From a virus (Duplodnaviria; Caudoviricetes): a stretch of 24,938 bases of DNA. Each line of letters begins with the position of its first letter. The first letter of the stretch is position 1. Below are positions 8,222 to 16,055 of this stretch, piece after piece. The notes under the pieces were generated by a model. The model was not told the origin of the DNA. It saw nothing but the letters and a program-made list of their open reading frames with translations, and did not search any database. Location of the stretch: positions 1 through 24,938 of the IMG/VR virus record IMGVR_UViG_3300049141_000142; one strand, 5' to 3'. The translations under genes and the position numbers were made by a program.

Positions 8222-8938
8222 CTAGGTCGGCGGTAGCTTCATGATGAACGCAAGCGCGTAGTAGGGCGGCACTGTCGGGACGGTGACCGTGTGGGCATGA
8301 TTGCCGTCGGCAACGATGCCGTGGGCGTGCCCCTGATTGCCGCCAGCTCCTGCGATCGAGATGCCGGTGCCGGCGGCGTCAGTGCCCTTTGGTCCGATGT
8401 CGTTGCCGACAGTGACATTGACAAACCTATTTCCGGCGCCGTTTGGGCCGGCAATCCCCGACTGATCGAACATCGGATGCGCATGCCCAGGATCGAACAC
8501 CCCGTGCGCGTGGAAGGGCATCTGCCCTTCGGTGATGGCGTGGGGCGCCGTAACGCCCGTGTGCGCGTGCGCGCCGGCCGCCGATGTGCCAACGAATTGG
8601 CTGAACGCGCCGCCCGCATCACCGGGAAGTCGTCCGGGGTGGGCGCCTAGAACGAACCTCTCCTGAAGATTCGGCGTGCCGTTCGCGCCGTTGCACAGCG
8701 CCCATCCGGCGGGGATGGCATTGAGAGCGCCGCTCCACATGATGATGCCGCCAACCGGGTAGGCCAGCTTCTCCAGCGCCGTCGCCCGCGCCTCCAGCGT
8801 ATCGAGGCGCCCATCGGTCTCCGTCGCGAACTGGTCGATCAGATCCATGTCGCCGTTGAGCTTGTTGCCCCAGGTGTTGATGCTCTGGTTGATCTCCGGC
8901 TTGGTCAGGTTGAGGGTCGGCGTGAAGCTGTCGGCCAT
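8222..8938 (-). CDS. short tail fibre with tail-collar domain
   Basis: TPTLNLTKP anchor; PVGGIIMWSG...IPAGWALCNGANGTPNLQERF collar; HxH metal-binding repeats; PPYYALAFIMK end. Confidence 0.9.
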   Translation of the reverse strand: MADSFTPTLNLTKPEINQSINTWGNKLNGDMDLIDQFATETDGRLDTLEARATALEKLAYPVGGIIMWSGALNAIPAGWALCNGANGTPNLQERFVLGAHPGRLPGDAGGAFSQFVGTSAAGAHAHTGVTAPHAITEGQMPFHAHGVFDPGHAHPMFDQSGIAGPNGAGNRFVNVTVGNDIGPKGTDAAGTGISIAGAGGNQGHAHGIVADGNHAHTVTVPTVPPYYALAFIMKLPPT

Positions 8939-8940
8939 CG

Positions 8941-9447
8941 CTATCGCTCCGCGGGTTGCTGCGGCACCCAGGCGGGCGCGCCAGGTATCGGTGAGGGGAG
9001 CCAGGGGCCGCTGCCGCCAAGCTCGCCCGGGTCCCAGGCCGGCGCGGATGGCGTGTCATCCGGCCGGTCCCAGAGCTCGCGCAGCCGGCCGCGCAGGGCA
9101 CTCTGCGCCGCCGCCAGGCCGAAGCCGCCGAGCGCCCGTGCCAGGTCGCCCCGCATCTCGCTGACCGCGGCCGCATGGGCGCCAAGCACACCATCGCGCC
9201 GGATGCCGCCCAACGCCGCACTCACCGCCGTCAGCGCGCCGCCGGAGGCCTTCGGGTTCAGCGCCCCGCCCAGCGCGGCCGAGACCGCCGCGGCGCGGAC
9301 CATGCCCATCCGCGACCGCAGCACGCCGCCGCTGGCGGCAACGCCCGCCAGCGCACGCGCGGCGGCCCGGTCCAGCCGCCATGAACCGAAGGCGGCGAAG
9401 CCATAGGGCCCCGCGCCGAAGGGGCGGGTGCGGCCGCTGACCGGCAT
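8941..9447 (-). CDS. phage structural protein (hypothetical)
   Basis: Coupled start; FGAGPYG..AFG N-terminus, Ala/Gly core, Trp-Pro repeats at the C-terminus; lies in the tail operon. Confidence 0.7.
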   Translation of the reverse strand: MPVSGRTRPFGAGPYGFAAFGSWRLDRAAARALAGVAASGGVLRSRMGMVRAAAVSAALGGALNPKASGGALTAVSAALGGIRRDGVLGAHAAAVSEMRGDLARALGGFGLAAAQSALRGRLRELWDRPDDTPSAPAWDPGELGGSGPWLPSPIPGAPAWVPQQPAER

Positions 9448-9878
9448 CAGTCGAGCGCCACCTGCAGCGCCGCTGGCTCGAAGCGGATCGCGTCGCCGTA
9501 ATCGACCGTCTTCGGCAGCGGCGTCACGAAGCCGCTCGCGGGGTCAGTGAGCGGCGCATAGGCCAGCATGTTGCCGCCGCTCGCCGCATCGAACAGCGCG
9601 AACCAGCTCACCGTGCCCCAGCCACCGGCGCCCGCAACCGGGAACAGCACCGTCGCGTCATTGCTCGCCGTCCAACGGCCGCTGGTGCCATCCAGCGCAA
9701 AGGCGAAGCTCGCCGGCTGCCGCGCATAGGCGGCGCCGTTCACCTCGGTCCCGCCGCCGGCCTCGCCGGGTGCCACGGTGAAAAGCGCGACATGGATCCC
9801 TGCCGGCTGCGGAAAGGCCGCGCCGCGGAACACATGACGGATCACCTTCTCTTCGAGATAGTTCGTGAAGCCCGGCAT
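9447..9878 (-). CDS. phage tail-associated structural protein
   Basis: FTNYLEEKVIRHVF...VALFT..PGEAGGGTEVNG..YARQ...WGTVSWFALFDAASGGNML, a widespread phage virion family; coupled to both neighbours. Confidence 0.85.
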   Translation of the reverse strand: MPGFTNYLEEKVIRHVFRGAAFPQPAGIHVALFTVAPGEAGGGTEVNGAAYARQPASFAFALDGTSGRWTASNDATVLFPVAGAGGWGTVSWFALFDAASGGNMLAYAPLTDPASGFVTPLPKTVDYGDAIRFEPAALQVALD

Positions 9879-10528
9879 CAGCGGAATCCCCTGCGCACGC
9901 GCCGGATCGGCCCGCCGCTGAAGCGGGCCGCCTCCGTCGCTCGGTTGCGGCTGTCGATGCGGTCCTTGTAGAGGCCGGCCCAGGTCGGGAGCCGCGCATC
10001 GTTCTTCAGATAGGGCTCAGCCTGCACCAGGCTGCCATAGAGATAGGCGGCGCTGTCCTCGGCCAGCAGCCAGTTGCTGGGCGTATCGGGGCCAAGCCGC
10101 GGCAGCTTCTGGAAATAGACCATTTCGATGGCCGCCGGCTGCGCCGGCAGCGGGAAGAATTCCAGCACGGTGCCGGCGACCGCATAGTATTCCGGCGCGC
10201 CGGTCACCGCGGGATATCCGGGCGGCACGGCGCCGAAGGGCAGGCGGCGGCCGCGCAGGGCCTGGATGTGATCCAGCGTCGTCAGCACCAGCGGTCGGTG
10301 CCGCCCTTTCGGCGTCAGCCGCACTGCCTCCAGCCAATCCTCCGGCAGCGCCACCGGCTGATCCGCGATCAGCGCATCGACATAGCGGTGCATCCGCCGG
10401 TCGCGCAGCTTCGCGTTGATGTCGTCCTCGGCGAGGCGGATAAAATCCGGAATGCGGTCCGTCAGGTCGCGGCGGTTCAGCCAGGATGCGATGCTCGCCT
10501 GCAGCTCGGCATAGGTCGAGAGCGCCAT
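9878..10528 (-). CDS. head-tail adaptor protein
   Basis: MALSTYAELQASIASWLNRRDLT..IPDFI.LAE and NWLL.....YLYGSL..A.PYLKND.R...W motifs of podovirus adaptor proteins. Confidence 0.85.
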   Translation of the reverse strand: MALSTYAELQASIASWLNRRDLTDRIPDFIRLAEDDINAKLRDRRMHRYVDALIADQPVALPEDWLEAVRLTPKGRHRPLVLTTLDHIQALRGRRLPFGAVPPGYPAVTGAPEYYAVAGTVLEFFPLPAQPAAIEMVYFQKLPRLGPDTPSNWLLAEDSAAYLYGSLVQAEPYLKNDARLPTWAGLYKDRIDSRNRATEAARFSGGPIRRVRRGFR

Positions 10529-10848
10529 CAGATGCGCCCTCCGGCCACGCGGAAGGCCCGGTTGTCGGCGTCGTTCAGCCAGCGGCGCCAGGCGGCGCGG
10601 TCATTCATCCATCCCTCCCGGACCGCGCGATCGACGACCGCCAACGGCACCCGCGCCGCGAGCCGGAAGGGCCGCCCGCGCTGGTCGAGCTCCGCGTCGC
10701 GCCGGTTGGCGGCGAGGATGGCGTCGCAATCCTGGCTGGTGACGAAATGCATGGCGCCGCCCTGGCGGCTTTCCGTCTCCGCCGGGTTCCACACCAGGGT
10801 GCGTATGATGCCGCCATGCTGGTCATAGATGTGCCGCTCCGTCGCCAT
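10528..10848 (-). CDS. conserved phage protein downstream of capsid gene, 106 aa
   Basis: QDCDAIL..N, ARVP.......W, RWLND.DNRAFRV..GRI motif; TGATG coupling to the adaptor. Confidence 0.8.
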   Translation of the reverse strand: MATERHIYDQHGGIIRTLVWNPAETESRQGGAMHFVTSQDCDAILAANRRDAELDQRGRPFRLAARVPLAVVDRAVREGWMNDRAAWRRWLNDADNRAFRVAGGRI

Positions 10849-10874
10849 GCTGCATCCCCGAATACGGAAAGGGT

Positions 10875-10899
10875 GGCGGAGGGCGTAGCGCCCTCCGCC
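10875..10899 (-). terminator. hairpin after major capsid gene (putative attenuating terminator)
   Basis: 11-bp perfect stem GGCGGAGGGCG / CGCCCTCCGCC, 3-nt loop, 8 nt after the capsid stop, followed by ACCCTTT on the minus strand. Confidence 0.7.
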
Positions 10900-10907
10900 C
10901 TGTCGCC

Positions 10908-11870
10908 TCACGGCTCGTCGGCCGCCGACGGCGCGATGTCGGCAATCTTGAAATGCGCCGCCTCGTTCGAGACCTCGAGCCCGTACTCCGCGACCAGCAT
11001 CCGGGTCTCGGCATCGCCGACCTTCGCGATCTCCTCGGTCTTCAGCCGCCGGTAATAGGCGACCTTTGCGTATTCCGGATCGATGCCGAGCACGGTGCGC
11101 GGGCGCTGCCAGCGCGACGGTACCGCCTTCAGCTCGCCGAAATCGGAGAGGTAGAAATCCGCCGCGGCGACGATCTCGTCCGCGTCGATCTTCACGCGGC
11201 TGTTGGCGCGCCCCGCGAAGCCGGAGAACTTCCGCTTCGCGTAAGGGCCCATCATCAGCAGCGTCGGTTCGCCGCCATTCTCATAGGTCTCCTGGATGGC
11301 GTCCGCCAGCAGCGCCTCGGTGAAGGCGCGCAGCGTGCCATCGGTGACCGCGGCGGTCTCGCTCACTGGGTTCGCGCCGCCCGCGCCATAGGACGCGTTG
11401 GTCGTGATCCAGTGCTCGAAGGCTCGGGTCGCGCGTGCGGTAGGCGTGGTGTCGTCGCCATTCGCCCGCGCCTGCTCGCCGACCAGGATGCTCTCCATGT
11501 CGCGCAGCAGCGCCTTCCCGTTCAGCGCGATCTGATGCGCCATCTCGCCCCGCTTGCCGGCGGCGTCCGCACTCTCCTGCGAGCCGGAGACCGTCGCGTC
11601 GCGGGTCGAGATCTGACAGACATTGGACCGCCGTACCGTCGGCTGCGCGACGGAACGCGACAGCTCGAACCCTTCCTCCTTGCGGTTCGCCTTGTTCACG
11701 GCCGGCAGGTTCTCGGTCTGCCAGTCGAACTGGACGTTGGTGGCATTGCGGGTGCCGATCGCCGTCATGAAGGGACGGTCGCTCGGGTCGATGTTGTAGA
11801 TTGCGTTCGCCAGGTCCTCGCGGTTGCCCTTGGCGCCATAGGTGGTGAATGCGTTCGTGACCTTGGCCAT
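10908..11870 (-). CDS. major capsid protein (DUF5309 / SU10-MCP-like)
   Basis: GNREDL..AIYNIDP.D.PF, FDWQTE.L, N.CQI......VSGSQ, Y.SDFG, AKVGDAE..MLVAEYGLEV.NEAAH; strong AAGGAG RBS. Confidence 0.92.
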   Translation of the reverse strand: MAKVTNAFTTYGAKGNREDLANAIYNIDPSDRPFMTAIGTRNATNVQFDWQTENLPAVNKANRKEEGFELSRSVAQPTVRRSNVCQISTRDATVSGSQESADAAGKRGEMAHQIALNGKALLRDMESILVGEQARANGDDTTPTARATRAFEHWITTNASYGAGGANPVSETAAVTDGTLRAFTEALLADAIQETYENGGEPTLLMMGPYAKRKFSGFAGRANSRVKIDADEIVAAADFYLSDFGELKAVPSRWQRPRTVLGIDPEYAKVAYYRRLKTEEIAKVGDAETRMLVAEYGLEVSNEAAHFKIADIAPSAADEP

Positions 11871-11886
11871 GGCCGGGTTCTCTCCT

Positions 11887-12921
11887 TCAGAGGAGTTTTT
11901 CGATCACCGCCTGCGCGTCGCGCAGGCTGTTGGACTTCGCCAGACGCTGCTTGGCGCGCACGAGGTCGGCGCCCTGCCGCGGTCCGGGATGCTGCGCACC
12001 CGGCCGCGGGGAGGGCGATGCCGGCCTCGGCGGCTGCGGAGACAGACGCTTCTGCATGGCCTCGTCGTATTTCATCGCCTTGTAGAGGACGACGACCGCG
12101 CGATGATCGATGACGGAGGAGAGCTCCTCCTCCGACCAGCCGAGCCCGAGGCCATACTCCCGCACCTTGATCCGGTCGGTGTTGCGGCGCTCCCTGTCGC
12201 GCCAGGCGGGCATCGCCTGCACGAGCAGATCGCTTTCATGATGGAGCTTCGCGCGCATCTCGTCTTCGGTCGCGATCGCTTCCGCCGCGCGGACGCGCTC
12301 ATACTCCTGCCGCGCGGCGTCCATGCGGGACTGGCTCTCGCGCCATTCCTCGCGCTTCAGCATGTAGCCGACCGGGTCTTCCTCCTTCAGGCGCGCCCAA
12401 TCCGGCTCCGGACCCTGCATCTGCTGGATCTGGAAGGCGAGAGCCGGGAGGAGCTGCGCGTATTGAAGGCGCTCCTGCCGCACCGCGGACGCTTCGCCGT
12501 CGAGACCCCTGCGGTCTTCGGCGAGCGCCTGCGTCTTGCGCGTGTAGTCGGCCTGGCGGAGATAGCCGCGGGTCACCTCCGCCAGCGGAAGCCGCTGCGA
12601 CTTGCCGTCGATCTCGACGGTGACGAGCGTCTTCGCGGGGTCGGGCTCCGCGGCGTCTTCATCCGCCTCGGCCGGGGGATCCTCGGGCTCGATCTCGACC
12701 TCGGGCTCCAGCTCGGAGCCTTCGGCATCGACCGGCGTCTCGCCGTCGGATCCGGGATGCTGCGCCTCGGCTGCGTCAGCCTTGGCCTGCGGCATGCGGG
12801 CCGCCGCGGCACCTGGTTCCCCGCTGTCGCGGGCCAGGAGTTCGGCGATGCTGGATGCCGCGGTTTCCACGTCGGTGCCCTGGGGCGTGTCGGACGTGGC
12901 GATGGTGATCTCGGACGCCAT
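11887..12921 (-). CDS. capsid scaffolding protein, 344 aa
   Basis: AGGAG then ATG at 12921; acidic N-terminus, VTVEIDGK....L.E...GYLRQADYTRKTQALAE, coiled coil, DHRAVVVLYKAMKYD; immediately upstream of the capsid gene. Confidence 0.88.
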   Translation of the reverse strand: MASEITIATSDTPQGTDVETAASSIAELLARDSGEPGAAAARMPQAKADAAEAQHPGSDGETPVDAEGSELEPEVEIEPEDPPAEADEDAAEPDPAKTLVTVEIDGKSQRLPLAEVTRGYLRQADYTRKTQALAEDRRGLDGEASAVRQERLQYAQLLPALAFQIQQMQGPEPDWARLKEEDPVGYMLKREEWRESQSRMDAARQEYERVRAAEAIATEDEMRAKLHHESDLLVQAMPAWRDRERRNTDRIKVREYGLGLGWSEEELSSVIDHRAVVVLYKAMKYDEAMQKRLSPQPPRPASPSPRPGAQHPGPRQGADLVRAKQRLAKSNSLRDAQAVIEKLL

Positions 12922-12922
12922 G

Positions 12923-13213
12923 TCAGCTCCTGCTCTTGCGTTGCAGTTCGAAGCGGAGGTTGCGCTTCGTGATGGCCGCACCCGCGGCGGCCGCCGCGAG
13001 ATCCGCGCGCAGCGCATCGAGGGCGCGCAGCATCAGGAAGGCGGCCTCCCGCTCTTCGCGCCCATGCGCGGGATCGGAGTGGCGGATCTGTGCCAGGCAA
13101 TGCGCTTCGACATTGGCGAAGGCGCGCTGCAGGCCGGGATGCTCGATCGCCGCGCGTGCCTGGCGCGCGGCGGCATCGGCTTCGGTGATGATGGTGTCGG
13201 GGCTGCGTGCCAT
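12923..13213 (-). CDS. small conserved head-module protein, 96 aa
   Basis: GGAG then ATG at 13213; helical, EEREAAFLMLRALDALRADL; typical position between portal and scaffold. Confidence 0.8.
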   Translation of the reverse strand: MARSPDTIITEADAAARQARAAIEHPGLQRAFANVEAHCLAQIRHSDPAHGREEREAAFLMLRALDALRADLAAAAAGAAITKRNLRFELQRKSRS

Positions 13214-13233
13214 CGCTGTCTCCACCTCAGCGC

Positions 13234-13262
13234 CTATCCAGAGCAGGGGGGAGGGATGCAAG
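13234..13262 (-). promoter_or_regulatory. repeated 29-bp bipartite motif, copy upstream of scaffold/capsid operon
   Basis: Minus strand CTTGCATC-CCTCCCCCCTG-CTCTGGATAG, 20 nt before the ATG at 13213. Confidence 0.8.
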
Positions 13263-13933
13263 CGGGAAGTGCGGAGAAGGAGATCGACGGCGCTGATCGC
13301 CGCGGATTGCGCAGGATCGGGAGGGTTGTTCGCCGCGGCCGCCGACAGGCCGGCGGCACGATGGCAACAGCCGTCATGCCTTACCGGTTACCCTCCGGCC
13401 GTCGACTGTTGGTTACGCCTGGTACTGCGCTTCTCGGAACGCACGCCTCGCCACGTTGAGCGTCGGATCGCTTCCCGCGGCAGCGCGGTGAAAGTCGGGC
13501 GGAAGCCGGGGGATCGCTCCAGACCATGCCCATGATGCGAGGGCCGCGGTACATGTGTGAAATATGGCCGCGCTTGATCCAACGGCGGCTACGGTAGAAC
13601 TGCGGCAAGCGCCGCCGCCGAGGCCTGCTCGCGGATTGCCGCTGGTCTCAGCAGTATCGTGCCGGCCTGCGCCAAGGATACCTGGTCTCGTACCGAAGCT
13701 GCTTCCGACGCCAGATCCCCGTGGGCCGCCGGACTACCGGCGGTCCTTACCGCGGAACAGCGCGATGTCGCCCCGGTTGACCCGGCGCGGTTGGCGGAGA
13801 AGCTGCGCCATGTTTTGCCAGCGCATCCGCTCCCACATAGCCGGGTGCGGTTCCATGCGCGTGGGGCGATAGGGAATCACGGTCCGAGTATGCCAGACGC
13901 ACACCCTTCCCCAGAGCGGGAAGGGCCTCCAGG

Positions 13934-14134
13934 TCAAGGCGCTTCGTCGGATGGAAGGCTGCCATCGAGCCGGCCGGGGACCGCGCCGTAGCGCGGCATC
14001 AGGAACGCCCGCCGTCGTCCGGCGGCGGATCGGAGAGACACGCGAATATTCTCGATCGGATCGGGATGCGCGAGCAGCCCGCGCGGCACCGGCGGCACGC
14101 GGTCGGTGGGGTATTCCGGATCGCGCGAGCGCAT
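13934..14134 (-). CDS. short hypothetical protein or gene remnant, 66 aa
   Basis: TGATG-coupled to the upstream gene; contains PRGLL and MPRYGAV, the latter duplicated from the upstream gene. Confidence 0.4.
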   Translation of the reverse strand: MRSRDPEYPTDRVPPVPRGLLAHPDPIENIRVSLRSAAGRRRAFLMPRYGAVPGRLDGSLPSDEAP

Positions 14135-14207
14135 CAACGCATTCTGCCCAGCAGGGCGTTGAAGTCAGGACTTCCGGCGAGCCCCACCGCGCCGTAGCGC
14201 GGCATCA
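13980..14207. repeat. 22-bp exact direct repeat ACCGCGCCGTAGCGCGGCATCA
   Basis: Copies at 13980-14001 and 14186-14207; a 12-bp core GCCGTAGCGCGG occurs again at 14248-14259. Confidence 0.85.
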
Positions 14208-14970
14208 CGCCGACCTGCTGCAGCCGCGCCAGCGTCGCGGGCTGCATGCCGTAGCGCGGTGGTGCGTAGCTCGGCAGGCCGAGATTGGGTACTGGTGGCA
14301 GGCCACCGCCGTTCGCGGGCGGGTTGCCCGGCGCCGGCGCCGCCGGCAGCGGTTGCAGCGCACCGATGGCCGGCGGCGCAGCCGGGAAGGCACCGTAGTT
14401 GTAGGCCGCGACCGGCGCCTGCGGCGCGCCTGGCATGGCGCCGCCGGCGACAAAGTTGCGCGGCGCCTGGTCGATCGGCGCGGTCAGCGCGCTGCGCCAC
14501 GCATCGCGCTGCGCGGCGCGCGGGTCCGGCCCCTGGGGCAGCAGCGAGCCGAGATAGTTGGCGAGGCCGTAGCCACCATGATCGCCATTGCCACCATTGC
14601 CGTCGCTGGTGCCATCCGGGCCGCTGCTGTTGCTGTGCCCGTCGGCGGCACTGCTGTTGCCATGGCCATCGGCCGCACCGCTGTCGCCGTGACCATCGGC
14701 GGCGCCGGCACCGGAGCCATCGGCGCCGTCCGCGCCTGCTCCATCGCCCGCCCCATCGCCGCCGTCACCGCTGTTGTCGAAGGCCGGCAGGCCGGCCGGG
14801 CCGCGCAATGGCCGGCCGTCGCGCGTCAGCCCGCCGCCGCGCGCGCGCAGCAGCGCCGCCTCCTGCGCGGTGATGTAGGCCAGGTGATGCGGCGTGCCGC
14901 GCACGGAGGTGCGCCGCGGCGCGGTCACCTGGCCGGAGGGCTCGGCATCGAGAAGGCCACGGCGCTTCAT
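14134..14970 (-). CDS. putative internal virion protein, 278 aa
   Basis: GGAG RBS, ATGA coupling; HHLAYITAQEAALLRARGGG...GPAGLPAF motif that I recognise from phage low-complexity internal proteins; Gly/Asp/Ser repeats then a Pro/Ala-rich tail. Confidence 0.75.
   Translation of the reverse strand: MKRRGLLDAEPSGQVTAPRRTSVRGTPHHLAYITAQEAALLRARGGGLTRDGRPLRGPAGLPAFDNSGDGGDGAGDGAGADGADGSGAGAADGHGDSGAADGHGNSSAADGHSNSSGPDGTSDGNGGNGDHGGYGLANYLGSLLPQGPDPRAAQRDAWRSALTAPIDQAPRNFVAGGAMPGAPQAPVAAYNYGAFPAAPPAIGALQPLPAAPAPGNPPANGGGLPPVPNLGLPSYAPPRYGMQPATLARLQQVGVMPRYGAVGLAGSPDFNALLGRMR
14593..14700 (-). repeat. 27-bp (9-aa) coding tandem repeat
   Basis: ADGHGDSGA / ADGHGNSSA / ADGHSNSSG / PDGTSDGNG. Confidence 0.7.
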
Positions 14971-16055
14971 TGCGCTTCTCCCTCCCCTGCACCCAGCAGT
15001 CCCCCACCAGCGCCCATCATCAGACCGGCCGCTCCCTGCAATTGGAAATAGCGGGACAGGAATTCGTCCGTGTTGATGAGGGAGCGGAAGTACGCCGCGG
15101 CTCTCGGGGCCCGCGTCCATATCAGCTCCGGATTGCGCAGATAGGTTCCAAGCCCCTCAGCAAACAGCTCATTGCGTTCAGCTTGAGAGCCAACTCGTTC
15201 GCCGCCAGCGGAGAGGACCCGCCCCAGTTCGGTCACCACGTGTCGCGGCATTTGGGCGTCGCCCGTCAGCCCGGAATGCACGCCATGGCCGACTTCGTGC
15301 ATTTCTGTCTGGCCGCCGCGTGGATTGCCTTCGCGAATGCGCGCCGAGGCCATACGCGCCGTCGCTTCGCCGCGCCCCTGCGCCCAGGCGCCGCGCAGCG
15401 AGTAAACGCTCTCTATCCTGCCGTTACGGATGCGTGGAAATTCGGGGCCGGGGACATCGCGCGCAACGCCCCGCTGCGCCAGGTAGTCTAGAAGATACTC
15501 ACGAGCCTCTGATGGAAGCGGTGAAAAACTCCCCTCTGAAGTACGCCCCGCCCGCCACGGCGCCGTGAGATGTCGCCCTTCGGGGTCCACCGCGGGGAAC
15601 GCAGATGCATTGGAACCATTCGGCGGGCCAGGCGGTCGAGGAGGGGCGGGCGGGGAATCGCCCCGATCGGGAGGTATCGAGCCATTGGTCATATTATACC
15701 GGACTGCCCCCGCATTTGCACGCGCGATCGGCCGAATGCGGCCGGCAAAACCCAGCGCGAACATGGCCTCATCAAGCCGCCGCTGAGCCACGCCCGGGTG
15801 GACATATTCGGGCTCACCAGGGAACCCGGCCAGCGGGTTCCGCACCGGCTCGCCAGGCCGCATGTCCGGCGACGGCAGCGTCAGCGACGGCCCCTGACGC
15901 TGCGGCCGCAGCAGCCCGGCTCTCTCTGAACTGGCCTGATAGGCGGCCAGCATATCATCCAAGTCGGACGGCAGCAGCGAAGGGCGCCGTGCCACGATGT
16001 AGGCACGTGCCTCGTCGCCGGGATCAGGCTCGCCGCCACCCAGAAGTCCGGTCAT
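14967..16055 (-). CDS. putative virion-borne zinc metallopeptidase (HExxH, MPTase/anthrax-LF-like)
   Basis: EMHEVGHGVH plus downstream NELFAEGLGTYLRNPE.....AP.AA.YF; Pro-rich N-terminal half; ATGA-coupled to the portal; more A/T-ending codons. Confidence 0.75.
   Translation of the reverse strand: MTGLLGGGEPDPGDEARAYIVARRPSLLPSDLDDMLAAYQASSERAGLLRPQRQGPSLTLPSPDMRPGEPVRNPLAGFPGEPEYVHPGVAQRRLDEAMFALGFAGRIRPIARANAGAVRYNMTNGSIPPDRGDSPPAPPRPPGPPNGSNASAFPAVDPEGRHLTAPWRAGRTSEGSFSPLPSEAREYLLDYLAQRGVARDVPGPEFPRIRNGRIESVYSLRGAWAQGRGEATARMASARIREGNPRGGQTEMHEVGHGVHSGLTGDAQMPRHVVTELGRVLSAGGERVGSQAERNELFAEGLGTYLRNPELIWTRAPRAAAYFRSLINTDEFLSRYFQLQGAAGLMMGAGGGLLGAGEGEAQ

Noticed and set aside
13908-13939. Possible fifth promoter motif (minus strand CTTGACCT...CTCTGGGGAA)
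   Set aside because: Spacer is 3 nt longer and both boxes have mismatches; no convincing gene downstream.
13980-14207. 22-bp direct repeat as prophage attL/attR
   Set aside because: Copies are only 206 bp apart, inside coding sequence, with no integrase or tRNA nearby.
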